NCBI GenBank assembly: GCA_963758825.1
Contig: CAVWWV010000004.1
Coordinates: 188,872 to 252,871 of the forward strand
Direction of reading: 5' to 3'
Origin: an uncultured Actinomycetota bacterium
GTDB lineage: Bacteria > Actinomycetota > Actinomycetes > Mycobacteriales > Mycobacteriaceae
DNA length: 64,000 bases
Under the pieces are notes generated by a model. That model made no database searches and was not told the DNA's origin. It saw nothing but the letters and a program-made list of their open reading frames with translations. Of this stretch, positions 48,100-60,699 are shown piece by piece. The translations under genes were made by a program, and so were the position numbers. Each line of letters starts with the position of its first letter. Position 1 is the first letter of the stretch.

Positions 48100-50333
<2,234 letters not shown>

Positions 50334-50337
50334 ATCC

Positions 50338-52189
50338 TCATGCCCCCAATCGGGTGAGCAGCCCCGAGAGTGTGTCCACCGCGTCGATCTTGGCGGTCAG
50401 ATAGTCGTCGGGTTTTGGGTCGGCGTCGGCGACGGCCTTCTCGGGCCCGGCCAGTAGCACGCGTGACACCCCCGCCTTGCGTGCGGCCTCGACGACACCT
50501 GCCGCCTCGGTCCCATAACGGGCGTCCGTTCCGCAGATCACCGCAACCGCGAGGCCGTTGGCCGCCGAAACCGCGTCGGCTATTCCTGCGGAGTCGACGG
50601 TGCCCGGGTTGACCGCCTCGATGCCGCCCGACGCGAGCAGGTTGGTGGCGAACGTCGCACGAATGTTGTGCTCCGCGAGCGGACCGAGCGGCAGCAACAG
50701 CACCGTGGGCCGAGTCCCGGTTGCCTCCAGGTAGGCGTCGGAGCGGTCACGCAGTGCCTCGAAGCCCGCCGCGTACCGCGCCACGGCGTTCGGCGAATCA
50801 TGTTGCGGCAACGGCGGTTCGCCGAGGGCCGGATATTCGTTGACACCGGTGAGCGCCTTGCGGCGGTGATTGATGTCGTCGGTGCGCCTGTCGCGAACCT
50901 CCGCGATCTGCGCGGCGACGAAGTCGCAGGGCCGCCGAGAAGCCACCCTGCGCCTCGATCTCCTGGAAGTGCTCCCAGGCCTTGCCGGCGAGCTGCTCGG
51001 TGAGGTCCTCGACGAACCATGAACCGCCTGCCGGGTCGAGCACCCGACCGAGATGCGACTCCTCCAGGAGCAGCAGTTGCGTGTTGCGGGCGATGCGGCG
51101 CGCGAAACTGGCTGCAGTGCCGGGCAATCCGCCGGGGATCGCCGCATCGAACGGCTCTACGAGCACGGTGTCCGCACCGCCCACACCCGCGCCGAACGCG
51201 GCGACGGTGGTTCGAAGCATGTTCACCCACGGATCACGCTGGGCCATCATCGGCATCGACGTGACCGCATGCACGCGGGCGGCGCCGTCGTCCGGCTCCC
51301 CGACGACTTCGGCCACCCTGGCCCAGAGTCGGCGCAGCACGCGCAGTTTGGCGACCGTCATGAATTGGTCGTCGTCTGCGGCCAGCCGGAAACTGATCTG
51401 CCGCAACGAATCCGACACGCTGAGCCCAGACTCGCCGAGAAGCCGCAGGTATGCGACGCCTGCGGCGACGGATCCGGCCAGCTCCCACGCCGCGCTTGCA
51501 CCGAGGTTGTGCAGCGCGGGCCCGTCGACGGTGATCGCCCGCACGCCACCGGCGTACCCGGTGATCTTCGCGGCGGTCGCGACGACATCGGCGACGTCGG
51601 CACCGGGTCGCTCGCTCAACGGCGCGGTGAGCGGATCGGCGCCAAGGTCGATCGACAGCCGGGCCCGTTGCTCGTCGTCCATGTCGGTCAGTTGCGGCAG
51701 CAGGGACTCCGCCGCGGCGACGAAATCCGAGCGAACGTCGAGTATCAGCGGGACCAGGTCGAGAAACACGCCCTCGAGCAGGCGGTCCAGGTCGGCGGCC
51801 GCGACGCCGTCGGGTGCGCCCACCCGTAGTACCAGCGCGCTGACACCTTCGGTCAACGCCACCAGCACCGCGCCGTTGCCGTCGGTGACGGCTTTCTGGC
51901 CGGGCGCGGGAAACGCTTCGGCGACCTTCCATCCCGACTTGACGTCGCGAAGCGCATCGCCGCCGCGGACGAACGGCCAGGCGCCGGGCAGCGGCTGCTG
52001 CGCCGAGGCGTCCAGGCTGGTGTACAGAGCCCGGATCGGGAAGCCTTCATAGGTCGGCGAATCCAGCAGGCTCTCGGGCTCGGGCGGCAGGTCGGCCGGA
52101 TCGCGCCGGGTCGACTTCGCCAACACGGCCGCAACGGCAGAGCGCCAGCGCTGTTTCGATTCCCGCAAGCCGGATTCCTGCACGTCCAT
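50338..52189 (-). CDS. mutA: Methylmalonyl-CoA mutase small subunit; apparent frameshift near 50928
   Basis: [37 protein letters not shown], then TGVNEYP in the next frame. Confidence 0.93.
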
Positions 52190-52288
52190 CAGGCTAAATC
52201 ATCACTATCGACGCAGCGTGCGCCGGGCAGCCGACGCGCGATCCGCGCGGGGCGAGTTATCGCCGGGCGGCCCGTAGTCTTGGTAGGC

Positions 52289-53113
52289 GTGAAGTCCGTC
52301 GTCAGCACCCTCGCAGCGCTGCGCGGTGCGGTGATCTGGACGGCCAAGCAGGTTCCCCCGCGGCAGTTGGCCGCCATCGCCGCGACGATTGTGATTCTCG
52401 TCGCAATCCTGTTGCTGGTGCCGCGGCCGGGTGCCACGGCGCTACGCGACTGGGCGACGTCGGTGGGTCCGTGGTTCCCATTGGTCTTTTTGGCCGCCCA
52501 CATCGTCGTCACGGTTTTTCCGTTTCCCCGGACCGCGTTCACGCTGGCCTCGGGCCTTCTGTTCGGCCCCTGGCTCGGCATCGGGATCGCGGTCATCGCC
52601 AGCACGATCAGCGCTATTGCCGCGCTACTGCTGGTCCGCGCCGCCGGCTGGCGGCTCGACCGGCTGGTTCCCCATCCGCGGGTCAAGGCCCTCGACGCCC
52701 GGCTGCGCCAGCGCGGCTGGCCGACGGTGATGTCGATGCGGCTGATCCCAGCCGTCCCGTTCTCGGTGCTCAACTACGCCGCGGGTGCCTCCGCCGTGCG
52801 CGTGCTGCCGTACACATGCGCGACACTGGCGGGCCTGCTGCCGGGCACCGCCGCGGTCGTCATCCTCGGCGACGCGCTCACCAACCACATCAGCCCGCTG
52901 CTCATCCTGGTGTCGCTGTTCACCGCGAGCCTCGGTGTCGCGGGCCTGGTCTACGAGATCCGCACCTACCCGCGCCACCACCGTCTCGACGGAAACGCGG
53001 CTAACCGCTGTGACGACCCGGCGACTGCGGCGGACCGTCCTGCCGCTGCTGTGACAACGGCGGGTACTGCATCGGCGGAAGCGGATCCTCCGGTGCGGCC
53101 GGGATTGCACTGA
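52289..53113 (+). CDS. TVP38/TMEM64 (DedA superfamily) membrane protein, Rv1491c-like
   Basis: PFPRTAFTLASGLLFG, RLIPAVPFSVLNYAAG. Confidence 0.85.
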   Translation: MKSVVSTLAALRGAVIWTAKQVPPRQLAAIAATIVILVAILLLVPRPGATALRDWATSVGPWFPLVFLAAHIVVTVFPFPRTAFTLASGLLFGPWLGIGIAVIASTISAIAALLLVRAAGWRLDRLVPHPRVKALDARLRQRGWPTVMSMRLIPAVPFSVLNYAAGASAVRVLPYTCATLAGLLPGTAAVVILGDALTNHISPLLILVSLFTASLGVAGLVYEIRTYPRHHRLDGNAANRCDDPATAADRPAAAVTTAGTASAEADPPVRPGLH

Positions 53114-54221
53114 TCCCCGACGAGGAACGCGCGTCGGCCTCAGCCTTGGCGACGGCCTGAGCGATCGCGGGATCCGTCTGCGTGGTGAACCACTCGGCCA
53201 CCTCGTCGGAGTCGTCCTCCGGCTTGGGCAGGTTCTCCTCCACCGGCGACGGTGTGTAGCGGAAGACGCCGTCCTCGCCCGGCGCGCCGAGCATCCGTGT
53301 GAAGCCCTCCAGCGCGGACCCGAAGTCGCTTGGCACCAGCCAGACCTTGTTCGCCTCGCCCTTGGCCATCTGCGGCAGCGTCTGCAGATACTGGTAGGCC
53401 AGCATCTCCGGCGTCGGCCTGCCCGCCTTGATGGCAGCGAAGGTCTTCTCGATCGCTTTGGCCTGCCCCTGCGCCTGCAGGTACGACGCGGCACGTTCGC
53501 CCTGCGCCCGCAGCATGCGTGACTGCCGGTCGGCCTCCGCGGCCAGAATCGCGGCCTGCTTGGCGCCCTCGGCGGACAGGATCTGCGCCTGCTTCTGCCC
53601 CTCGGCCTGCTTGATCGCCGCCTCTCGGCTGCCCTCCGCCGTCAGGATCATGGCGCGCTTCTCGCGGTCGGCCCGCATCTGCTTCTCCATCGAATCCTGG
53701 ATCGACGGCGGCGGGTCGATGCTGCGCAGCTCAACGCGCGCCACCCGCAGCCCCCACCGGCCGGTGGCCTCGTCGAGCACACCGCGCAGCTGACCGTTGA
53801 TCTGGTCGCGTGAGGTCAGGGTCTGCTCCAGCGTCATGCCGCCGACCACGTTGCGCAGGGTGGTCGTGGTCAGCTGCTCGACGCCGACGATGTAATTGCT
53901 GATCTGGTAGACCGCCGCCTGCGGATTGGTGACCTGGAAGTACACGACGGTGTCGATGTTGACCGTCAGGTTGTCCTCGGTGATCACCGGCTGCGGCGGG
54001 AACGACACCACACGCTCGCGCAGGTCCACCCTGGCGCGGATTCTGTCGATGAACGGCAGCAGAAGCGTGAGCTGACCCGAAACCGTCTTGCTGTAGCGGC
54101 CAAGCCTTTCGATCACCGCGGCCTCGGCCTGCGGGATCAACGCGACTGATTTCGCGACGACGATGGCTGCGAACACGACCAGCACACCAACGAGAATCAG
54201 GCCGGCGATGGCACCGTCCAT
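53001..54221 (-). CDS. SPFH/band-7 membrane protein, Rv1488-like
   Basis: AVIERLGRY, PQPVITEDN, TTLRNVVG, QMRADREKRA. Confidence 0.92.
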   Translation of the reverse strand: MDGAIAGLILVGVLVVFAAIVVAKSVALIPQAEAAVIERLGRYSKTVSGQLTLLLPFIDRIRARVDLRERVVSFPPQPVITEDNLTVNIDTVVYFQVTNPQAAVYQISNYIVGVEQLTTTTLRNVVGGMTLEQTLTSRDQINGQLRGVLDEATGRWGLRVARVELRSIDPPPSIQDSMEKQMRADREKRAMILTAEGSREAAIKQAEGQKQAQILSAEGAKQAAILAAEADRQSRMLRAQGERAASYLQAQGQAKAIEKTFAAIKAGRPTPEMLAYQYLQTLPQMAKGEANKVWLVPSDFGSALEGFTRMLGAPGEDGVFRYTPSPVEENLPKPEDDSDEVAEWFTTQTDPAIAQAVAKAEADARSSSGISAIPAAPEDPLPPMQYPPLSQQRQDGPPQSPGRHSG

Positions 54222-54253
54222 TGTGGGTTCCTTCCCTAGTTGTCCAGGCTTCT

Positions 54254-54685
54254 CTAGACGACTTTTTGGACGACCGCGGTGGCGCCGTCGATGCGCACGA
54301 CGGTGACGTGGTCGCCCGGTTCGTAGACATCGTCCTCGTTGAACGGCCGGGCCGTCCACACTTCGTTGTCGAGCCTGACCTGACCTTCGTGGCGGCCCAC
54401 CCGGTCGAGCACCATCGCGCTCTTGCCTTCCAGCTCTTTCGGGCGGTCCAGCAGTCCCGTGCCTTCGGTGAAGCGGCGTTTCAACGCAGGCCGCACCACC
54501 ACCAGCAAAAGCACCGAGACGACCATGAACACGATGCCGTCGATGACGTAGTTGTCGAAAATCAGGTTCGACCCGGCGGCCGCCAAGGCTCCGCCGCTGA
54601 GCATGAGCAGGAAGAGATCGCCGGTCAGCGCCTCGGCTCCGGCCAAGCCCAACGCGGCGATCAGCCAGATCAACCAAACAGGCAT
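54254..54685 (-). CDS. NfeD-family protein, Rv1487-like
   Basis: Hydrophobic N-terminus plus OB fold GQVRLDNEVWTAR; paired with the SPFH gene. Confidence 0.88.
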   Translation of the reverse strand: MPVWLIWLIAALGLAGAEALTGDLFLLMLSGGALAAAGSNLIFDNYVIDGIVFMVVSVLLLVVVRPALKRRFTEGTGLLDRPKELEGKSAMVLDRVGRHEGQVRLDNEVWTARPFNEDDVYEPGDHVTVVRIDGATAVVQKVV

Positions 54686-54744
54686 GCCGAAAGCCTAGCG
54701 CGTGATCCGCCCGACGAGCGGCGAACTATTACACTGCGAGCATC

Positions 54745-55599
54745 ATGTGGTGCCCTAGTGTCTCGCTGTCGGTGTGGGCCAATGCCTGGCTCGCGGGTGC
54801 CGCCGCGCCCGATGACGTCCTCGATGCGTTATCTCAATGGGCGCCAAGGCATTCGGTGACCGCCTATGACGCCGTTGCGGCCGGTACGACCGGTCTGCCC
54901 TGGCCGGATGTGAACCATTTCGGGACCATGTCGCTGCTGCAGACCCTGCGTACCGCGGCGGGCGTTCCAGCCGGCGCACCCGCCATCTCAGTCGTGCTGC
55001 CGGTGCCGGGCGATGTTCGCGGCCTGCCTCCGGGGACCCAATTCCAGCGCGACGCGGTCACCGTCGGCGAGGCGATCATCATCAACGGCGGGCCATCGTC
55101 ACCGGCGGTCGGCCTGGTCCCCGACTTCGAGTACGACGACTCCGACGGCTACGACGAATCCGAGGAAGCCGAGGTGGCCGGCCTGAGCTGGACGGTGTAC
55201 TCGCTGCCGCAGGCGCCGATCGCCGAGCACGTCGACCTCGGCGACGCCGAATTCGCGCTGCGTTCGGCGGTTCGATCGGCAGCCGACGCGCTCGGAGCCC
55301 TGCGCGCCGAAGCGGGCGGCCTCGACGTGGCCGACCCGCGCAAGCTCGTCGAACAGGTGATGGAGTCTTCAGGTCAGCACCGGGCGCCCGACCACGCGCC
55401 ATCGCGCGCGCTGCGGGTGCTGGAGAACGCCGCGCACATCGACGCGATCGTCACGGTCAGTTCGGGTTTGATGCCGATCGGGCTGCAGAGTTCATCGGAG
55501 GCTCAGATCGCCAACGAGGCGCTGCGTCCCTTGTCCGCGGTCGTGCGCTCGGCCCGGCTGGCGGCGATCAGTGCCATCCTGATGTCTGCCTGGCGCTAA
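54745..55599 (+). CDS. Conserved mycobacterial hypothetical protein, Rv1486c-like
   Basis: [18 protein letters not shown]...VLPVPGD; syntenic position. Confidence 0.8.
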   Translation: MWCPSVSLSVWANAWLAGAAAPDDVLDALSQWAPRHSVTAYDAVAAGTTGLPWPDVNHFGTMSLLQTLRTAAGVPAGAPAISVVLPVPGDVRGLPPGTQFQRDAVTVGEAIIINGGPSSPAVGLVPDFEYDDSDGYDESEEAEVAGLSWTVYSLPQAPIAEHVDLGDAEFALRSAVRSAADALGALRAEAGGLDVADPRKLVEQVMESSGQHRAPDHAPSRALRVLENAAHIDAIVTVSSGLMPIGLQSSSEAQIANEALRPLSAVVRSARLAAISAILMSAWR

Positions 55600-56630
55600 G
55601 CCTTCCCACACTCGGGCGTGCACAGCGCCCCATTGATCGAAAACCCTTGCAGCGGAGGCGCTTGCGTGTCTTGCGTGCTCACGAAGCGGGACGGGTCGCG
55701 GTCATCGCGGAGCTCGTCGATCAGATCGATGGCCAGCCGAGCGAACCGCCGGTCGGCATTGGGGGTGGCAGCCCTGGCGAACGCGACGCCCCGGTCGGCC
55801 GCCAGTGCGCGCAGTTCGTTGTCCAGATCCCACACCACCTCTATGTGGTCGGCGACGAAGCCGATCGGACAGACGACGACGGCCCTGGTGCCGGCGTCGG
55901 CGAGGCTCGACAGATGGTCCGCCGCATCGGGTTCCAGCCACGGCACCTGAGGCGGCCCTGACCGTGACTGCCACACCTGGTCGTAGTCGGCGAATCCCGC
56001 CTCTGTCGCGACGAGCCGGGATGCGTAGGCGACCTGGCGGGCGTAAAGATCTGTGCCACATCGGGACCGGGCCGCCAGCGGAATGGAGTGCGCGGTGAAG
56101 ATGAGCCGAGCTTCGTCGCGGAGCTCTGCGGGCAGGGTCAGCACCGCGTCGGCGATCGCCTCGGCGAACATCTCGACAAACAGGGGATGGTCGAAGTACT
56201 GGCGAAGTTTCACGAGTTCGGGCGCGCGGTCACCGGCCGCCGAGCGGCCGCGGGCGATGTCCTCGTTGTACTGCGTGCAACTGGAGTACCCGCCCCAGGC
56301 CGACGTGGTGAACACCGCTGCACGTTGAATACCGTTGTCGCGCATGGCAATAACCGTATCCTCGATGTACGGGTCCCAGTTGCGGTTGCCGAAGTACACC
56401 GGCAGATTGTGCCCGCGATCGGCCAGTTCGGCCTCCAACTGGGCGATCAGCGCGCGGTTGATGCCGTTGATCGGCGAGACACCACCGAAATGCAGATAGT
56501 GCTCGGCGACCGCGGCGAGCCGCTCGCTCGGGATGCCCCTGCCGCGAGTGACGTTCTCCAGGAACGGCATCACGTGCTCAGGCGCCTCGGGACCGCCGAA
56601 GGACAGCAGCAGGACGCCGTCGAAATCCAT
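55596..56630 (-). CDS. hemZ: Ferrochelatase
   Basis: [39 protein letters not shown]; start abuts the inhA stop. Confidence 0.95.
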   Translation of the reverse strand: MDFDGVLLLSFGGPEAPEHVMPFLENVTRGRGIPSERLAAVAEHYLHFGGVSPINGINRALIAQLEAELADRGHNLPVYFGNRNWDPYIEDTVIAMRDNGIQRAAVFTTSAWGGYSSCTQYNEDIARGRSAAGDRAPELVKLRQYFDHPLFVEMFAEAIADAVLTLPAELRDEARLIFTAHSIPLAARSRCGTDLYARQVAYASRLVATEAGFADYDQVWQSRSGPPQVPWLEPDAADHLSSLADAGTRAVVVCPIGFVADHIEVVWDLDNELRALAADRGVAFARAATPNADRRFARLAIDLIDELRDDRDPSRFVSTQDTQAPPLQGFSINGALCTPECGKA

Positions 56631-57440
56631 CTAGAGCAACTGAGTGTGGGCGCCGCCGTCGGCGTAGACGACGGTGCCGGTGGTGGCGGGCAACCAGTCG
56701 GACAGCAGGGCGCACACGGTCTTGGCGACCGGTGTGGGATCCTTCATGTCCCAGCCGACGGGTGCCCGCTGGTCCCAGCCCTCCTCGAGAAGGCGGATCT
56801 GATCGCCGGCATCGGCGCCGAGCGCGCCACCCACGATCGCGCTCATGGCCAGCGTCCGAATCGGGCCGGCGGCAACGAGATTCGACCGCACACCCATAGG
56901 GCCTGCCTCCCGGGCCACGAATCGGTTCACCGACTCCAGCGCGCTCTTGGCGACCGTCATCCAGTTGTAGGCGGGCATGGCGCGAGTCGGGTCGAAGTCC
57001 ATACCGACGATCGAGCCGCCCCGGTTCAAAACCGGCAGCGTGGCCTTGGCCAACGACGCATACGAGTACGCCGAGATGTGAATGCCCTTGGCGACGTCCT
57101 CGTATGGCGCTTCGAAGAAGGGGTTGATGCCCATCCCGGTCTGCGGCATGAAGCCGATGGAGTGCACGACGCCGTCGAGCTTGTTGCCCTCGCCGATCAC
57201 CTCGGTGACGCGATCGGCCAATGAGTCCAGGTGCTCCTGATTCTGGACATCCAGCTCGAGCAGCGGCGCCTTCTCCGGCAGCCGGTCGGCGATGCGCTGA
57301 ATCAGCTTCATCCGGTCGAAACCGGTGAGCACCAGCTGGGCACCGGACTCCTGCGCGACCTTGGCGATGTGGAACGCGATCGATGAGTCGGTGATGATCC
57401 CCGTGACCAGGATGCGTTTGCCTTCGAGCAGTCCAGCCAT
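56631..57440 (-). CDS. inhA: Enoyl-ACP reductase (FAS-II)
   Basis: 269 aa from ATG 57440; [30 protein letters not shown]; AAGGAG RBS. Confidence 0.98.
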   Translation of the reverse strand: MAGLLEGKRILVTGIITDSSIAFHIAKVAQESGAQLVLTGFDRMKLIQRIADRLPEKAPLLELDVQNQEHLDSLADRVTEVIGEGNKLDGVVHSIGFMPQTGMGINPFFEAPYEDVAKGIHISAYSYASLAKATLPVLNRGGSIVGMDFDPTRAMPAYNWMTVAKSALESVNRFVAREAGPMGVRSNLVAAGPIRTLAMSAIVGGALGADAGDQIRLLEEGWDQRAPVGWDMKDPTPVAKTVCALLSDWLPATTGTVVYADGGAHTQLL

Positions 57441-57538
57441 ATCCGCTTCTTCTCCTTTGTGGGCTAGCTGTAGAGGATATGGTCGGCGGCTTTCAGCCTG
57501 TGCGAAGGGGTGGCAGCGGCCCGGTCGCAAACCCCCGG

Positions 57539-58864
57539 TCAGCCGTCCAACGTGAAGGTCAGCTGCGACCACCACTCGTTTGTTGCGAGCTCACTGTGGG
57601 AAGCATCACCGGCCAGCACCTCGGTCGGCTTGATCACCCGGTGATGTTTGGCCGAGAGCGCATCCATCAGCTTCTGCCAGGGAATGGTGTCCTTCCAGAG
57701 CTCGACGAGCCCCCACGGAACCATGGTGTCGCCGGGCTTGAGCCACTGTTCCTCGATGAAGCGCATCGGCGTCGCGTTATGGGATCCGTGGTGGCCCATC
57801 TTGTAGAAGTCGACGTCACGGATCAGCTTCATCGCGTCTGGATTGCTGCGAACGTGCTCCCACGCACCGTATTGGGCATCGCCGGGAAATAGCAGCCGTA
57901 GCCCACCGACCTCGAGCACGAAGAACAGGCTGGTGTTGTTGACCGACTGCTCCAGGACCGAGGCGGCCGCCAGTAGCCCCACGTCGTTGGACAGCGTGGT
58001 CAACCTGAGGTCGGACTTGGCCTTCTGCAGATTGTCGGGCACCTGCGTCTTGTCGGCAAGACGTACGTGCGGTTGAACAGCGGCCAGATGTCCTTGTCCT
58101 CCTCGGGCTTCTCGGCCGCAGGCGCAGGCGTGTCCACATCGTCGGGAACGGCAGCGTCGACGACGTCGTCCAGGTTCAGCGTCAACCATCCCGCCGTCTT
58201 CGGCGGGTCCATCTTCCTGAGAATCGCCGGGTCTCGAGGAGGACCGAAGATGTGCGCCACCACCCCGCACCGGCGCGCTGTGACGTTGTTCTTGAGTGGG
58301 TCTTTGTCGGGAAGGAAGCGCACGTCGTGCGCTGGCTTGGCGAAGGTCGTGCCGTTGCGACCCAGCAGGCGGTCGGTAGCCCTTGCGTTGCCCCGTGAGT
58401 TGACCGCCATCGCCTTCGCCAGCTCGAGCGTGTGCTTCGCCTCGGTCTGATTGGCGGCCAACTGCTGCTACCCGATCGTCGATCAGCGCCGCGAGCTTCT
58501 GCGCGGTTCGCGTCTGCGCCTCGCGTAGGCCTCTGGCGTCGGGGTCGTCATCGTTCTCGACGAACGGCACCCAGACCTCGTCGACCTCGACGTCGGCCCA
58601 CCGATCATCGGCGAACCCGACGATGTGGTCGCGATGATGATGTGTGCCGACCACGACGTCGAGATGTGGTTTCCCGCCGCAGTCCTCGGCGAGATCGTCG
58701 ACGATCTTCTTCACCGATTCCGCTACCGGCCGCGCCTGTCCGTGCGCGTGCACACCGCAGTCGACGAGCATCCGCCACGTCGCGCCGCCCCGCCGAACCG
58801 TGATCCGGAACGCGTCTCCGAAACCCATGTTGTACATCCGTATTTCGACGTTATCGGCGGCCAT
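57539..58864 (-). CDS. ComEC/Rec2-type metallo-beta-lactamase-fold hydrolase; two compensating frameshifts (~58465, ~58060)
   Basis: [19 protein letters not shown] (HxHxDH), NNTSL, LFPGDA, KMGHHGS; the middle segment is carried by the 58000-58461 frame. Confidence 0.85.
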   Translation of the reverse strand: MAADNVEIRMYNMGFGDAFRITVRRGGATWRMLVDCGVHAHGQARPVAESVKKIVDDLAEDCGGKPHLDVVVGTHHHRDHIVGFADDRWADVEVDEVWVPFVENDDDPDARGLREAQTRTAQKLAALIDDRVAAVGRQSDRGEAHARAGEGDGGQLTGQRKGYRPPAGSQRHDLRQASARRALPSRQRPTQEQRHSAPVRGGGAHLRSSSRPGDSQEDGPAEDGGMVDAEPGRRRRRCRSRRCGHACACGREARGGQGHLAAVQPHVRLADKTQVPDNLQKAKSDLRLTTLSNDVGLLAAASVLEQSVNNTSLFFVLEVGGLRLLFPGDAQYGAWEHVRSNPDAMKLIRDVDFYKMGHHGSHNATPMRFIEEQWLKPGDTMVPWGLVELWKDTIPWQKLMDALSAKHHRVIKPTEVLAGDASHSELATNEWWSQLTFTLDG

Positions 58865-60699
58865 CACCATCCCCCTTGACCGTCGGTGTGCAGATTGGCG
58901 AAGGTCAGCCGGTGTACGGCGGGCTCGTCGGTCCAAACCGCGAGCGGATCTCCGTCGGAGACCTCACCCATGAAGGTCCGCATCTTCTCCAGGCGGTCCC
59001 TCCCGTACTCGTCGACATAGTGCGATGCTGCGTCGGCTGCCGGGTCTATCAGCGGAAGAGGTTTGGAGATGATGTGCTGGACTTCGCCGTCCACCCGGGC
59101 GATCAGCGTGGTGCCGGCAAGCAGCGGGGTGCGCGCATCCGGCGGGAGGTGCGGCTGCTCGATCTCCTCCAGGTCGGCGCGGCGCTGGGTGAACTGCACG
59201 ACGATCTCCGGGCGGGGTTGGCAGTCGTCCGCTTGCCGATAGGTGACGTGAACGCTCTCCAGATGGGTCGGCATGCTGGGTTCAAGACCGATCGCCACCG
59301 CATGCCGTTTGGCCCAGACGCTCAGCGCGCTGAACACCCGCTCCGGCTTATCCCCCGGCGTGCTGGTCGGGTCGAGGTTCATGGATGCCTCGAGCACCAG
59401 TTCCTCAAGCGGCACAGCGGGATCGCCGTCGCACAGAGACAGCGGCCCGTCCGGTTTGGGCCAGATCAATGCGGCATCGGTGAGCGAGATCGCTCGCGTC
59501 GGGTAGATTCCGCGGCGCCGAAGCGCTTCGATGAGGTTGCCCCGCAATCCGAGCCGGTCGGTCGGGTACAGCGAGTGGTCGGAGGTGACGATGGCCTGGA
59601 CGACGTCGCCGAAGGTGACGTCGACGGGTGGCAGGTAGTCGAATGCGCGAACCACCATGCCCAAGAACCGATCTGCGGTCCTGATGGCTTCGTCCGCGAC
59701 TCGGCCCACCAGGTCGGGATGCAACCGCCCGCTGGAGAGTCCCGCTGCGCCACTGGTCGCCAGTCGTAGGAGGTCGGCGACTGCAGCGCGATACCGGTCG
59801 AGGTACGCGTCGAACACTGCACCGACGAAACACGCACCGCGTTCATGAGGTTCGGTGGCGGAGTGGTAGCGGTCGGGCGTGCGCAGCACTCCCGCAGGAA
59901 TGTTGGGATCGATCGCCCTGCGCAACGCCTCGCCCCGTCCGGTGGACTGCCCGAACTCCGACGCCAGGTCGAAGAGGGCGGCACCGTGTTGGATGCTGCC
60001 CGACGTCGATGCGATCGCATCGACGACGACATCGTCGTATGCGAAATGCTGGAAGAGCGCAATCAGGTCGGCGAAGGCTTCATGCCACGCGAAGACGTCT
60101 GCGTTGGTGGCCACCGAGAAGTGCCTCCGCAGCCGGTGCACGAGCGCGTGGGTGACCTCGTGGGCAATGATGTCCGACGACAGGCAGGTGAAGATCATCT
60201 GGCCCGGCAGATTGGCACCCGGATCCTTCAGATCGGCGCGGTAGTAACCGAACAGCACCGCCTTGCGGGTCGGGTCGAAATAGGCGTTGCGGCCCTCGAA
60301 CGCGTGCGGAACGAGACTCAACTTCTCATCGCCACGCCAGCGGAATCGCCTGCCGAGGTATCGCTCGAACCGCTCGATGACGCTCGACGCGACCGCGTAG
60401 ACGATCTGCTGATGTGAGCGCGGGTCACCCTCCGCCGGCTGCAGGCCGTCCTGAGCCAGAACATACGGCTCGTCCAGATCGACCGTGGCATACCAGCTTT
60501 TGCGCACCGGGTCGAAGTCGACGACACGAAGCAGCTCCCCCTCGGGACCCTCTTTGAGGCCGAGTTCGTAGGGCACACTGACCGTGAGGAACTGTCCCGA
60601 CAGCCGGGTGGACATCGGGTCGAATGCGTAGGTGCGCAGACGTCGTCGCCGCGGCCGTTCGACTGCGGGCCCGGACTTCGGGGCGGTCGACGAAGTCAC
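58864..60699 (-). CDS. Gluzincin metallopeptidase, M4 (thermolysin)-like, with long C-terminal extension
   Basis: RNAYF, IIAHEVTHAL (HExxH), third ligand HEAFAD, EPHERG; GTGA overlap with the patatin stop; no signal peptide. Confidence 0.82.
   Translation of the reverse strand: MTSSTAPKSGPAVERPRRRRLRTYAFDPMSTRLSGQFLTVSVPYELGLKEGPEGELLRVVDFDPVRKSWYATVDLDEPYVLAQDGLQPAEGDPRSHQQIVYAVASSVIERFERYLGRRFRWRGDEKLSLVPHAFEGRNAYFDPTRKAVLFGYYRADLKDPGANLPGQMIFTCLSSDIIAHEVTHALVHRLRRHFSVATNADVFAWHEAFADLIALFQHFAYDDVVVDAIASTSGSIQHGAALFDLASEFGQSTGRGEALRRAIDPNIPAGVLRTPDRYHSATEPHERGACFVGAVFDAYLDRYRAAVADLLRLATSGAAGLSSGRLHPDLVGRVADEAIRTADRFLGMVVRAFDYLPPVDVTFGDVVQAIVTSDHSLYPTDRLGLRGNLIEALRRRGIYPTRAISLTDAALIWPKPDGPLSLCDGDPAVPLEELVLEASMNLDPTSTPGDKPERVFSALSVWAKRHAVAIGLEPSMPTHLESVHVTYRQADDCQPRPEIVVQFTQRRADLEEIEQPHLPPDARTPLLAGTTLIARVDGEVQHIISKPLPLIDPAADAASHYVDEYGRDRLEKMRTFMGEVSDGDPLAVWTDEPAVHRLTFANLHTDGQGGW

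Noticed and set aside
52190-52288. Cobalamin riboswitch upstream of mutA
   Set aside because: The spacer is under 100 nt, shared with a divergent gene, and lacks a recognisable B12 box.
53001-53113. Convergent 3' overlaps (TVP38/SPFH here; also ansA/dinB1 and lipase/DUF2567)
   Set aside because: Low-complexity tail overlaps are common in high-GC genomes and may be lengthened by indel errors.
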